DNA of 53,013 nucleotides, from the NCBI GenBank assembly GCA_045561575.1, contig JBJKXM010000017.1, positions 1 to 53,013 of the forward strand, given 5' to 3'. The first letter of the stretch is position 1. Every line of letters starts with the position of its first letter. Below the pieces are notes generated by a model that saw only the letters and a list, made by a program, of their open reading frames with translations, was not told the origin of the DNA and searched no databases. This DNA is from Flavobacteriales bacterium (lineage in GTDB: Bacteria > Bacteroidota > Bacteroidia > Flavobacteriales > BACL11). Shown here piece after piece: positions 19,158-28,905 of the stretch. Made by a program: the position numbers and the translations under genes.

Positions 19158-20546
19158 ATGAATAGAATAGAATTTATTCAATCAACGCTAGGTATGAGTG
19201 CATTATTTGGACTTTCTCTTGCAGCGTGTAATGACAAGGAAAATTTACAAGATTTAGTAAATAATACTAGATTAAAAGTAAGTGGAAATATGTTTAATTT
19301 TTCTGCAGAAAAAATAAAAAAAGTAAGGATAGGTATTATTGGACTTGGAAACAGAGGTAATGTCTTACTTCAAATGTGCCAATATTTAGTTGAAAAAGAA
19401 CACGCTGAAATAGTTGCATTAAGTGATATTGAAAAAAAGAAAACTGATAAAGCAACTTTAATTCTAAAAAAATGGCAAAAAAATAAAGTATCAGTATACA
19501 ACTCTTCACAAGAGGATTGGAAAAATCTTGCTAGAAGAGATGATATTGATTTGGTTGTAATTGCAACTCCCTGGAGACTACATACGCCTATGTCTTTATT
19601 TTGTATGGAAAATAATAAACACGTAGCGTGTGAAGTACCTATTGCCTATAAGCTTGAAGATTGTTGGAAACTGACACAAACTTCAGAAAAAACAAAAAAA
19701 CATTGCATAATGCTTGAAAATTGCAATTATAATAGTGAAGAACTCTGGATATTAAATATGATTAATGAAGGTGTTTTTGGAGATATAACACATACTGAAG
19801 GAGCTTATCTACATGACTTAAGAGCATTATTATTAGACGATGACTACTATCAAGGACAATGGAGATTACATCAACATGCAGAAAGAAATGGTAATTTTTA
19901 TACTACTCATGGATTAGGTCCAATATCTTTTTATCTAAATATTGGAAGAGGAGATACTTTTTCACATTTAACTTCAATGAGTACAAGAGAAAAAAATTTA
20001 AGTATTGCTGCAGCAAAAAAAAATCATGCAATCAAAACATTTAAATGTGGTGATTTTAACAATACCTTAATTAAAACAATGAATGAAAAATCAATATTAT
20101 TACAGTTTGATGTACATTCAGGAAGACCTTACTCAAGAATAAATAAGGTTGTTGGAACAAAAGCAGTTCATGATGGTTATCCAAGTCGTCTTTATATTGA
20201 TAGCGAAAATCCCGAATATTGGGGGCATCAATGGCTAAATGATGAAAAATATAATTTTTACAGAGAAGAGTATAAGCATCCGATTATAAAAAAACTTAAG
20301 AAAATTAGCCAAGATTTTAAACAAGGTCATGGGGGGATGGATTTTATTATGATGTATAGACTAATTAGATGTTTAAACTTAGGACTACCTCTTGATATAA
20401 ATATTTATGATAGTGTTATGTGGAGTGCAATAACACCATTATCTGAACTATCTGCAAATACTAATAGTGAATCTATAAAAATACCAGATTTTACTGCTGG
20501 TGGGTGGAAAATTAAAAACTCCTTAGAAATTATGAGGGAGATTTAA
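19158..20546 (+). CDS. GH109-like NAD+-dependent glycosidase (Gfo/Idh/MocA fold; alpha-N-acetylgalactosaminidase-like)
   Basis: IGLGNRG, IATPW..H, ACEVP, MLENCNY, AYLHDLR, YTTHGLGP, RPYSR, GHGGMD, IPDFT. Confidence 0.88.
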   Translation: MNRIEFIQSTLGMSALFGLSLAACNDKENLQDLVNNTRLKVSGNMFNFSAEKIKKVRIGIIGLGNRGNVLLQMCQYLVEKEHAEIVALSDIEKKKTDKATLILKKWQKNKVSVYNSSQEDWKNLARRDDIDLVVIATPWRLHTPMSLFCMENNKHVACEVPIAYKLEDCWKLTQTSEKTKKHCIMLENCNYNSEELWILNMINEGVFGDITHTEGAYLHDLRALLLDDDYYQGQWRLHQHAERNGNFYTTHGLGPISFYLNIGRGDTFSHLTSMSTREKNLSIAAAKKNHAIKTFKCGDFNNTLIKTMNEKSILLQFDVHSGRPYSRINKVVGTKAVHDGYPSRLYIDSENPEYWGHQWLNDEKYNFYREEYKHPIIKKLKKISQDFKQGHGGMDFIMMYRLIRCLNLGLPLDINIYDSVMWSAITPLSELSANTNSESIKIPDFTAGGWKIKNSLEIMREI

Positions 20547-21413
20547 ATCATATCTCTTATTAATACCTCTATTTCCTTGAATTCCTCCAGTATGTATAAT
20601 TAAAATATTACTTCCTTTAGAAAATTTATTCTTTTTAATAAGATCTAAAACTCCCATCATCATTTTTCCAGTATAAATACAATCTAAAGGAATATTTTTA
20701 GTTTTATAAAAATCATTTATAAAATTTATTAATTCTTTAGAAATCTTAGCATATCCACCCTGACAATAATCTTCATTTATAACCCAATTATTTTTATTTA
20801 CATTTAAAATTATATCATCTTTTAATTTTTTCACTGCCTTAATAGCTGAAAAACCAATAATTTTTTGATTATGATTGGATGAATTAATGATTCCAGAAAT
20901 TGTACCTCCTGTACCAATTGGACAACAAATATATTCGTACTTATCATCAGAGTTTATTATTGACTCAGTACCTTGAATAGCTAATAGATTTGTACCTCCT
21001 TCTGGAATTATATAGGAATTTTCATATTTTGTATTTAAATGATTTAAATAATCTTTATCATTAATTTTTCTATACTCCTCTCTTGAAAGATATATAATTT
21101 CCATTCCGTTTTTTACAGCATCATCTAATGTAGGATTTAGTGGAAGTCGCTCTTCTCCCCTAATAAAAGCAAGACATTTTAAATTGTTTTGCTTTGCAAT
21201 TATAGAAGTTGCATGAATATGATTTGAATAAGCTCCACCAAAGGTAATAATAGATTTAAATTTAGATTTAAGAGCATATTCAATATTCTTTTTTAATTTA
21301 AAATATTTATTACCGGAAACTGGATTTGATATAAGGTCTAATCTTCTCATATATACTTTAACTTTTTTTTCATCAAAGCAAGTATCAAATATTTGTTGGG
21401 TAATAATTTTCAT
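20523..21413 (-). CDS. ACC deaminase / D-cysteine desulfhydrase family PLP enzyme
   Basis: SGNKYFKL (PLP lysine), TFGGAYSNH, IPEGG, GTGGT, LDCIYTGK, HTGGIQG. Confidence 0.9.
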   Translation of the reverse strand: MKIITQQIFDTCFDEKKVKVYMRRLDLISNPVSGNKYFKLKKNIEYALKSKFKSIITFGGAYSNHIHATSIIAKQNNLKCLAFIRGEERLPLNPTLDDAVKNGMEIIYLSREEYRKINDKDYLNHLNTKYENSYIIPEGGTNLLAIQGTESIINSDDKYEYICCPIGTGGTISGIINSSNHNQKIIGFSAIKAVKKLKDDIILNVNKNNWVINEDYCQGGYAKISKELINFINDFYKTKNIPLDCIYTGKMMMGVLDLIKKNKFSKGSNILIIHTGGIQGNRGINKRYDLNLPHNF

Positions 21414-21427
21414 AAAAGCAAATATCG

Positions 21428-21435
21428 TAAATTTG
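21428..21435 (+). promoter_or_regulatory. -7 promoter element for hutU (TAAATTTG)
   Basis: TAnnTTTG, 25 nt before the ATG at 21461. Confidence 0.6.
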
Positions 21436-21460
21436 CAATGTCAATTTCATACTAAAACAC

Positions 21461-23473
21461 ATGCAAAAAAACTCTGATTTTAAAAATTCAATTTTAGAAG
21501 GTATTCCAAATGAAATTCCTGAATTAATAAATTTTGACAATAGTATAAATAGAGCTCCACTTAGAAAGAAAATTTTAAATTCAGAAGAAAAGAAATTGGC
21601 TCTTAAAAATGCTCTAAGATATTTTCCAAAAACAATGCATGAGCAATTAATTACTGATTTTCTAGATGAACTAAATAAGTATGGGAGGATATATATGTAT
21701 CGTTTTAAACCCAAATATGAAATAAAGGCTAGACATATAGATGACTTTCCATACAAATCCAAGCAAGCAGCTTCTATACAACTCATGTTATCAAATAATC
21801 TTGATAATGCTATTGCCCAACATCCTTATGAATTAATAACCTATGGAGGAAATGGTTCTGTTTTTCAAAATTGGGCACAATATTTATTGTGTATGCAGTT
21901 TTTAGCAAAAATGACCGATGAACAAACTCTTGTTCTGTATTCAGGTCACCCAATGGGGTTATTCCCATCAAGCAAGAACGCACCTAGAGTAGTTGTAACA
22001 AATGGAATGATGATTCCTAACTATTCAAAACCAGATGACTGGGAAAAATTTAACGCACTTGGAGTTACTCAATATGGACAGATGACAGCCGGATCTTTTA
22101 TGTACATTGGTCCACAAGGGATTGTTCATGGAACAACAATTACTATTTTAAATGCTGCAAGAAAAATTGATAAAAATGCTACTAACCTAGAAGGAAAAAT
22201 ATTTGTAACATCCGGCTTAGGTGGAATGTCAGGAGCTCAACCAAAAGCAGCTGTTATTTCTAAAGGAATATGCATTGTTGCTGAAATAAATAAAAAAGCT
22301 ACACAAAAAAGACATGAACAAGGATGGGTTGACTTAGTTTTTGATGATTTAGATTTATTAATTGATAGAGCAATTTTAGCAAAAGAAAATAAAGAAGCAA
22401 TTTCAATTGCCTATAATGGTCATATTGTAGATTTATGGGAGAAAATAATTGAAAGTAATTTAAAAGTTGATATTGGTTCAGATCAAACTTCATTACATAA
22501 CCCCTGGGCAGGAGGATATTATCCTCAAGGTATGTCTTTAGAGGATGCTAATAGACTAATGGTTGAAAACCCAGTAGTATTTAAAGAAAAAGTACAAGAA
22601 ACGCTTAGAAGTCATGTAATCGCTATAAATTCATTAACAGAGAAGGGAATGTACTTTTTTGACTATGGAAACGCTTTTTTACTTGAATCAAAAAGAGCAG
22701 GTGCTGATGTATTAGATGAAAAAGGAAATTTTAAGTTTCAATCATATGTTCAAGATATTATGGGTCCAATGTGTTTTGACTACGGCTTCGGACCATTTAG
22801 ATGGGTTTGTTCATCTAATGACAGTAAAGATTTAGATATTTCTGATCAAATTGCTTTTGATGTATTGTCAAAAATTCATAAACATTCTTCTAAAGAAATT
22901 CAGGTACAAATGCAGGATAATATTAATTGGATAAAGGATGCGAAATCTAACAATCTAGTTGTTGGATCTCAAGCTAGAATATTGTATGCTGATTCATTGG
23001 GTAGAATTGAAATTGCTCTTGCTTTTAACCAAGCTATTAGAGATAAAGTAATTAGCCAACCAATAATATTAGGTAGAGATCATCACGATGTCTCAGGAAC
23101 TGATTCTCCATATAGAGAAACATCTAATATTTATGATGGGTCACAATATACTGCTGATATGGCAATTCATAATGTAATAGGTGATTCCTTTAGAGGTGCA
23201 ACATGGGTTTCAATTCATAACGGAGGTGGTGTTGGCTGGGGAGAAGTAATAAATGGTGGTTTTGGTATGATGATTGATGGAAGTGCTGAAGCAGATGAAA
23301 AAATTAGAAATATGTTATTTTGGGATGTGAATAATGGAATTGCAAGAAGAAATTGGGCAAGAAACAAAGAAGCTAATTTTGCTATTAAGGAAGCAATGAA
23401 ATTGAATAAAAAACTAGATGTTTTCTTACCTAATATTACAGACGATAATTTATTAGATGATATAGAAATATAA
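21461..23473 (+). CDS. hutU: Urocanate hydratase (long ~670-aa form)
   Basis: YGQMTAGS..YIGPQGIVHGT, GLGGMSGAQ, SDQTSLHN, GRDHHDVSGTDSPYRETS, HNGGGVGWG. Confidence 0.97.
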   Translation: MQKNSDFKNSILEGIPNEIPELINFDNSINRAPLRKKILNSEEKKLALKNALRYFPKTMHEQLITDFLDELNKYGRIYMYRFKPKYEIKARHIDDFPYKSKQAASIQLMLSNNLDNAIAQHPYELITYGGNGSVFQNWAQYLLCMQFLAKMTDEQTLVLYSGHPMGLFPSSKNAPRVVVTNGMMIPNYSKPDDWEKFNALGVTQYGQMTAGSFMYIGPQGIVHGTTITILNAARKIDKNATNLEGKIFVTSGLGGMSGAQPKAAVISKGICIVAEINKKATQKRHEQGWVDLVFDDLDLLIDRAILAKENKEAISIAYNGHIVDLWEKIIESNLKVDIGSDQTSLHNPWAGGYYPQGMSLEDANRLMVENPVVFKEKVQETLRSHVIAINSLTEKGMYFFDYGNAFLLESKRAGADVLDEKGNFKFQSYVQDIMGPMCFDYGFGPFRWVCSSNDSKDLDISDQIAFDVLSKIHKHSSKEIQVQMQDNINWIKDAKSNNLVVGSQARILYADSLGRIEIALAFNQAIRDKVISQPIILGRDHHDVSGTDSPYRETSNIYDGSQYTADMAIHNVIGDSFRGATWVSIHNGGGVGWGEVINGGFGMMIDGSAEADEKIRNMLFWDVNNGIARRNWARNKEANFAIKEAMKLNKKLDVFLPNITDDNLLDDIEI

Positions 23474-23474
23474 G

Positions 23475-25895
23475 CTACCTTATTTCTGCTCCAACTGAAC
23501 TTTCAAATTCAGCAATTAATTTCTTCATTACTTCATCAATCTGATAGTCTGTTAATGTTTTAGAATTATCTTCAAAAACAAATGAAATTGCATAAGATTT
23601 TTTATTATCTGGTAATTTATCTCCAATGTAAACATCAAATAAATTTACCTCTTGTAATAAAGAATTATTTACACTTCTAGCAATTTTTTCTAATTGACTA
23701 AATGACACATCCTGATTTATTAATAATGATAAATCTCTTCTTATTATTGGAAACTTATTTACAGCTTTATATACAATTTTATTATTTCCAACAAGATCAA
23801 GTATTAAGTCCCAGTTAAAATCTGCAATAAATACAGAATTACGAATTTTATAACTTTTTAAAATATTAGAATCAACATTTCCAAAATAAACAAGAGGCTT
23901 TTTCTTAACACTATACATCAATCCGCTAGACAATCCATTTGTATTTACCTCTTTAACTTTATATTTAGTTAATCCAAGACGACTTATGATTGTATGAACT
24001 ATCTCTTTAATAAAAAAGAAATCAACTTTTTCGTTTTTTACATTCCAGTTTTCTTCATATTTATTACCAGTTATAGTTAAATAGAGATGTTGATTTTCTT
24101 CATATTTATCAAAAATCTGATAAGACTTTCCAAATTCAAAAAACTTAAGGTTGGAATTTTTTCTATTGTTATTATACTCAACTGATTCAAGTGCTGAAAA
24201 TAATAATGTTCTCCTCATAATGTTTAGATCAGAACTAAGAGGATTCAAAATATTAACGTTGTTTTCGTCTTTTAATTCTTCAATAAATTTATTATACGAG
24301 GATTTAGTTAATGAATTATTCATGATTTCATGAAAACCATTACTTGCTAATAAGTTAGATAATACTTTTTTTAATTTGTATGAGTCTATTGAATTAGAAA
24401 TAGTAATTGAAGTAGATAGTTTATCAGGTAAAGCAATTGTATTAAAACCATAAATACGTAACACTTCTTCAATAACATCAATCTCTCGAGTAACATCAAC
24501 TCTATATGTAGGAATTGAAAGAATTAATGAGTCCCCACTATCTTCAACAATATTTATTTCTAGATTTTTTAAAATCTTTTTTACTAAATCCTGATTAATC
24601 TTCTCGCCAGCAATTTTATTTAAAGAATCAAATGAAAAGTTGACATTAACATTTTCAATAGGTTTTTGATAAAAATCAATAATATCAGAGGTTATTTCTC
24701 CATTACATATTTCTTTAATAAGAATTGCCGCTCTTTTTAGTGCATAAACTGTAATATTTGGATCACACCCTCTTTCATATCTAAATGATGCGTCTGTACT
24801 TAAAATATGACGTTTAGCTGTTTTCCTAATAGATATTGGATTGAAATAAGCAGACTCTAAAAATATAGTTGTTGTATTTTCATTAACACCAGATTTTAAC
24901 CCACCAAAAACACCAGCTATACACATTGGCTCATTTTCATTGCAAATCATTAGATCTTCAACTGACAACTCTCTTTCAATCTCATCAAGAGTTATAAATT
25001 TTGACTTTGATTTTGCTGTCTTAACAATAATTGTATTTCCATCAATTTTATTAGCATCAAATGCATGAAGTGGCTGACCAGTTTCGTGTAAAACATAATT
25101 AGTAATATCAACAATATTATTTATTGGGTTAATCCCAATAGATAACAATCTATTTTTTAACCATTCTGGCGAATCCTTAACAGTTATATTTGAAATAGTT
25201 AATCCAGAATACCTAGGACATAATTCAGGCGTTTGTACATCTACTTTTATTTCTAAACTATTGCTATCAATTGAAAAATCTTTTACCGAAGGTAAACACA
25301 TTTTTAAATTATGATCTTTTGAGTTTAGTGCTGCCTTTAAATCACGAGCAACACCTATATGTGACATTGCATCAGTTCTATTTGGAGTTAAGCCAATTTC
25401 AAAAATAGTATCTGTTTTAATATCAAAATATTTTGACCCAGCTTGGCCAATAGGAGCATCATCAGGAAGCTCCATGATGCCATCAGTTTTAGCACCGAGA
25501 CCAATTTCATCAGGACCACAAATCATACCATCTGAAACTTGACCCCTAATTTTACTTCTTTTAATTTTAAAAGAATCATCCCCAATATGTATCCAAGTAC
25601 CAACAGTTGCTACTGGAACTTTAAGGTTAACAGCTACATTAGGAGCTCCACATACGATATGTAATGGATCACCTTCTCCTATATCAACAGTTGTTAAATT
25701 CAATCTATCAGCATCAGGATGTTTTTCTACAGTGAGAATCTTACCAATTACAATACCAATAAGACCTCCTTTAATAGATTCATGATTCTCTACACCTTCG
25801 ACTTCCAAACCAATGTCGGTCAATAAATCAGAAGTTTCATCTATTGATAAATCTGTTTTTAAATAATCTTGAAGCCAGTTGTTAGAAATCTTCAT
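23475..25895 (-). CDS. pheT: Phenylalanine-tRNA ligase beta subunit
   Basis: KHPDADRL, VCGAPNV, LTPNRTDAMSH, GQPLHAFD, DASFRYERG, RVDVTREIDVIEE, C-terminal FDX-ACB domain. Confidence 0.98.
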   Translation of the reverse strand: MKISNNWLQDYLKTDLSIDETSDLLTDIGLEVEGVENHESIKGGLIGIVIGKILTVEKHPDADRLNLTTVDIGEGDPLHIVCGAPNVAVNLKVPVATVGTWIHIGDDSFKIKRSKIRGQVSDGMICGPDEIGLGAKTDGIMELPDDAPIGQAGSKYFDIKTDTIFEIGLTPNRTDAMSHIGVARDLKAALNSKDHNLKMCLPSVKDFSIDSNSLEIKVDVQTPELCPRYSGLTISNITVKDSPEWLKNRLLSIGINPINNIVDITNYVLHETGQPLHAFDANKIDGNTIIVKTAKSKSKFITLDEIERELSVEDLMICNENEPMCIAGVFGGLKSGVNENTTTIFLESAYFNPISIRKTAKRHILSTDASFRYERGCDPNITVYALKRAAILIKEICNGEITSDIIDFYQKPIENVNVNFSFDSLNKIAGEKINQDLVKKILKNLEINIVEDSGDSLILSIPTYRVDVTREIDVIEEVLRIYGFNTIALPDKLSTSITISNSIDSYKLKKVLSNLLASNGFHEIMNNSLTKSSYNKFIEELKDENNVNILNPLSSDLNIMRRTLLFSALESVEYNNNRKNSNLKFFEFGKSYQIFDKYEENQHLYLTITGNKYEENWNVKNEKVDFFFIKEIVHTIISRLGLTKYKVKEVNTNGLSSGLMYSVKKKPLVYFGNVDSNILKSYKIRNSVFIADFNWDLILDLVGNNKIVYKAVNKFPIIRRDLSLLINQDVSFSQLEKIARSVNNSLLQEVNLFDVYIGDKLPDNKKSYAISFVFEDNSKTLTDYQIDEVMKKLIAEFESSVGAEIR

Positions 25896-25912
25896 AATGT
25901 AATTATATCAGG

Positions 25913-25920
25913 CAAATTTA
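25913..25920 (-). promoter_or_regulatory. -7 promoter element for pheT (TAAATTTG)
   Basis: TAnnTTTG, 17 nt before the ATG at 25895. Confidence 0.65.
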
Positions 25921-25950
25921 AATAATGTAATTTAATGACAATAATATACC

Positions 25951-27543
25951 TTAATCATTTGACAAATATTTTTTTACTCTCTTAAGATATAACATATTAT
26001 TGGCATTGTTTGACAAGCCGGAGATATTTTTTTGAGTAAATCTTAAAACATTATCATAATAAAGTGGTACAATTGGAGCATTCTCAATAATAATTTTATC
26101 CATTTCATTATAATAATTAAACCTTATAGAATCATTACTTTCAGAAAGACTTATCTCATAGAGGTCATCAAATTTATCATTCTTGAAATGAGTATAATTA
26201 GGACCATTTGGAGAGTGATTCTTACTATAAAAAAGAGATAAATAGTTTTCTGCATCGGGATAATCTGCAATCCAGCTAGCTCTAAAAAAAGAAAGTTTTG
26301 AGGTTGCTACCATTTGTCTATGGGTGGATGGTGGATTAACATTAATTTCTAACTCTAGTCCATTTTTAGACAATTCGTTTTGTATGTATTCACATAAATC
26401 TAAATAAGATGAATTGGTTGATAATACAATAGGCTCTAGAGTACCATTATTTAATTGTTTCACTTCATTAATTAGTTTTAATGATTTCTCTTTATCATAA
26501 TCATACCCTACTAGATTTTTATTAAAAGAAGGCATTCCTCTAGGAACAAAACCATTAATTGCTGGAGTACCAATGTTATTTCTTAAAAACTTCAACATTT
26601 TTTTTCTATCAAATCCATAGTTAATTGCTTGTCTGATCTTTAGGTACTGTATAGGTGATAAAGTATCTTTTGAGTAAAATCCTAAGTATTCTGTATTTAA
26701 ATAATCTTGAGTATGAAGATTAATATCATTAGTGTACTTAGTATTTAACTTACCTTCTTTGGTTAATATTTCATCTTTATATGAAGCATCTATACCTGAC
26801 AAAAAATCAAGATTTCCTAAAATAAATTGTAGAAATGCTGCTTGTTTGTCTCTTAAAAAAGTGATTGAAACACCATCTAAATGTGGAAGGCGTTGATTAT
26901 TTTCTATTTCAAAATAATTTTGATTTTTTCTAAATATTAACTTCTCCCCTTTTTGCCACATTTGAAACTTAAATGGACCTGTACCAATAGGATTGGAATG
27001 AAAATCTGTTGATTCAACAATCTCCTTTGGAACAACTGAACAATACTGCATCGATAAAAGACCTAAAAAACCCGGAAAAGGAGAGTGAAGTTCTATTAAA
27101 AAGATAGAGTCATTCTGAGCTTTGAATGATTTAACATTTGACATCACCCATCTTCCTGGAGAAGCTACTTTGGTATCAATTAGTCTTGAAAAAGAGTATT
27201 CAAAATCAAATGCATTTACCTTTCTTCCTCTCTCAAGACTTAGCTTATCAGTATTGTGAAAATAAATATCATCTCTTAGATAAAAAATATAGTTTAATTT
27301 ATCATTAGACACTTTCCATGACTTAGCAATTGAAGGCTTAATTAATAAATTACTATCCAACTGAACTAGTCCATTGAAAAGCTGAGAAGTAGCCCAAACA
27401 GATGCTAAATCTTTAGAAAAAGCAGGGTCAAGAGAGTTGATGCCAGAAATTTCATTGTATTTAAATATTTTTAAATGACTAATATCATTATTTTGAGAAC
27501 AAGAGAATAAAAAAATGGATAATAGAAGTAAAAAATATCTCAT
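25951..27543 (-). CDS. Family 5 (OppA/DppA-like) ABC substrate-binding lipoprotein
   Basis: Lipobox LFSC; SLDPA, LFNGLV, PIGTGPF, IRQAINY, WIADYPDAENYL, APIVPLYY. Confidence 0.9.
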   Translation of the reverse strand: MRYFLLLLSIFLFSCSQNNDISHLKIFKYNEISGINSLDPAFSKDLASVWATSQLFNGLVQLDSNLLIKPSIAKSWKVSNDKLNYIFYLRDDIYFHNTDKLSLERGRKVNAFDFEYSFSRLIDTKVASPGRWVMSNVKSFKAQNDSIFLIELHSPFPGFLGLLSMQYCSVVPKEIVESTDFHSNPIGTGPFKFQMWQKGEKLIFRKNQNYFEIENNQRLPHLDGVSITFLRDKQAAFLQFILGNLDFLSGIDASYKDEILTKEGKLNTKYTNDINLHTQDYLNTEYLGFYSKDTLSPIQYLKIRQAINYGFDRKKMLKFLRNNIGTPAINGFVPRGMPSFNKNLVGYDYDKEKSLKLINEVKQLNNGTLEPIVLSTNSSYLDLCEYIQNELSKNGLELEINVNPPSTHRQMVATSKLSFFRASWIADYPDAENYLSLFYSKNHSPNGPNYTHFKNDKFDDLYEISLSESNDSIRFNYYNEMDKIIIENAPIVPLYYDNVLRFTQKNISGLSNNANNMLYLKRVKKYLSND

Positions 27544-27547
27544 ATAA

Positions 27548-27593
27548 CAAAACTACAACATTCTATTAATTAATGATCTATTTTTTATTTTTG
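27548..27593. promoter_or_regulatory. Back-to-back divergent promoters: TAGTTTTG (-, 27548-27555) and TATTTTTG (+, 27586-27593)
   Basis: Both match TAnnTTTG and each lies exactly 4 nt from its ATG (27543 and 27598). Confidence 0.72.
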
Positions 27594-27597
27594 CAAA

Positions 27598-28905
27598 ATG
27601 TTTGTGGGAAAAAAAGTAGCATTTTATACTCTTGGATGTAAGTTGAACTTTTCAGAAACTTCAACAATTTCAAGACAATTAACTGATCTAGGATTTTCAA
27701 AATCTGAATTTAATAATGGTGCTGATCTTTTTGTAATAAATACTTGCTCAGTAACTGAAAATGCAAATAAAGAGTGTAGAAGGATTATTAGAAAAGCAAA
27801 GAAAATATCTCCTCAATCAAATGTTATAATCACTGGATGTTATGCACAACTAAAACCTGAGTCAATTAGTAATATTGAAGGGGTTGATATGGTAATTGGA
27901 GCAAATGAAAAATTTAACATTCCAAAATTACTTAAAAATTTCAGTAATAAAACTACAGAAATTCATGGTTGCTCAATAAATAACTTAAATTACTTTTCAT
28001 CCTTCTCTCTTCAAGACAGAACCAGATCGTTTCTAAAAGTTCAAGATGGATGTGATTATCCATGTACATACTGTACTATACCTCTTGCTAGAGGAAAAAG
28101 CAGATCAGATAATATTCAAAATATTGTAAGAAATGCTAAAGAAATAGCAAAAAATGGAATCAAGGAAATTGTTTTAACTGGAGTTAATATTGGTGATTTT
28201 AAAGAAAACAACCATCGTTTCATAGATTTGATCAGAGAATTAGAAAAAGTTCAAGGAATTGAACGTTATAGAATTTCATCAATTGAACCAAATTTAATCA
28301 CTGATGAAATTATTGAGTTTGTTAAAAGGTCTAATAAATTCATGCCCCATTTTCATATTCCACTTCAATCTGGATCAGACAATATTTTAAGATTAATGAA
28401 AAGAAGATATAATACTGGATTATATTTTGAAAAAATTAAAAAAATTAAACAAGAAATTCCTAATGTATGTTTAGGAGCAGATGTAATTGTAGGTTTTCCT
28501 AGTGAAGATGACAATGAGTTTAATAAAACACTAAACTTCATAAAAGATTTAGATATTTCTTATTTACATGTCTTTTCTTATTCTGAAAGAGAAAATACAA
28601 AAGCAATATTAATGGATAATAAAGTCCCTAAAAATAAAATATCAGAAAGAAGTAAAATGCTAAGAATATTGTCTAATAAACTACAGCGTAAATTCTACCT
28701 AAATTACCAAGAAACAGAACAATCAGTATTATTTGAACAAGATAATAAGGATGGGTTTATGCACGGATTTACAAAAAACTATATCAAAGTTAAGGTTCCA
28801 TTTGACAAAAGCTTTGTAAAAACAAATTCTAAAGTCCTATTAAATAAAATGGACGATACGCTAATCATGAACGCAAAAATAAAAGAACTATGTACCCAAC
28901 TATAA
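27598..28905 (+). CDS. mtaB: tRNA t6A37 methylthiotransferase
   Basis: TLGCKLNFSE, INTCSVT, TGCYAQ, radical SAM motif CDYPCTYC, LHVFSYSER. Confidence 0.93.
   Translation: MFVGKKVAFYTLGCKLNFSETSTISRQLTDLGFSKSEFNNGADLFVINTCSVTENANKECRRIIRKAKKISPQSNVIITGCYAQLKPESISNIEGVDMVIGANEKFNIPKLLKNFSNKTTEIHGCSINNLNYFSSFSLQDRTRSFLKVQDGCDYPCTYCTIPLARGKSRSDNIQNIVRNAKEIAKNGIKEIVLTGVNIGDFKENNHRFIDLIRELEKVQGIERYRISSIEPNLITDEIIEFVKRSNKFMPHFHIPLQSGSDNILRLMKRRYNTGLYFEKIKKIKQEIPNVCLGADVIVGFPSEDDNEFNKTLNFIKDLDISYLHVFSYSERENTKAILMDNKVPKNKISERSKMLRILSNKLQRKFYLNYQETEQSVLFEQDNKDGFMHGFTKNYIKVKVPFDKSFVKTNSKVLLNKMDDTLIMNAKIKELCTQL

Noticed and set aside
21438-21455. Tiny upstream ORF (MSISY*) before hutU as a leader peptide
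   Set aside because: Its ATG is only 2 nt after the -7 element and probably precedes the TSS. It has no His codons and no attenuator hairpin.
25951-27543. ABC binding protein without permease as a novel system
   Set aside because: Dispersed ABC components are common in Bacteroidota; partners may lie outside the window.
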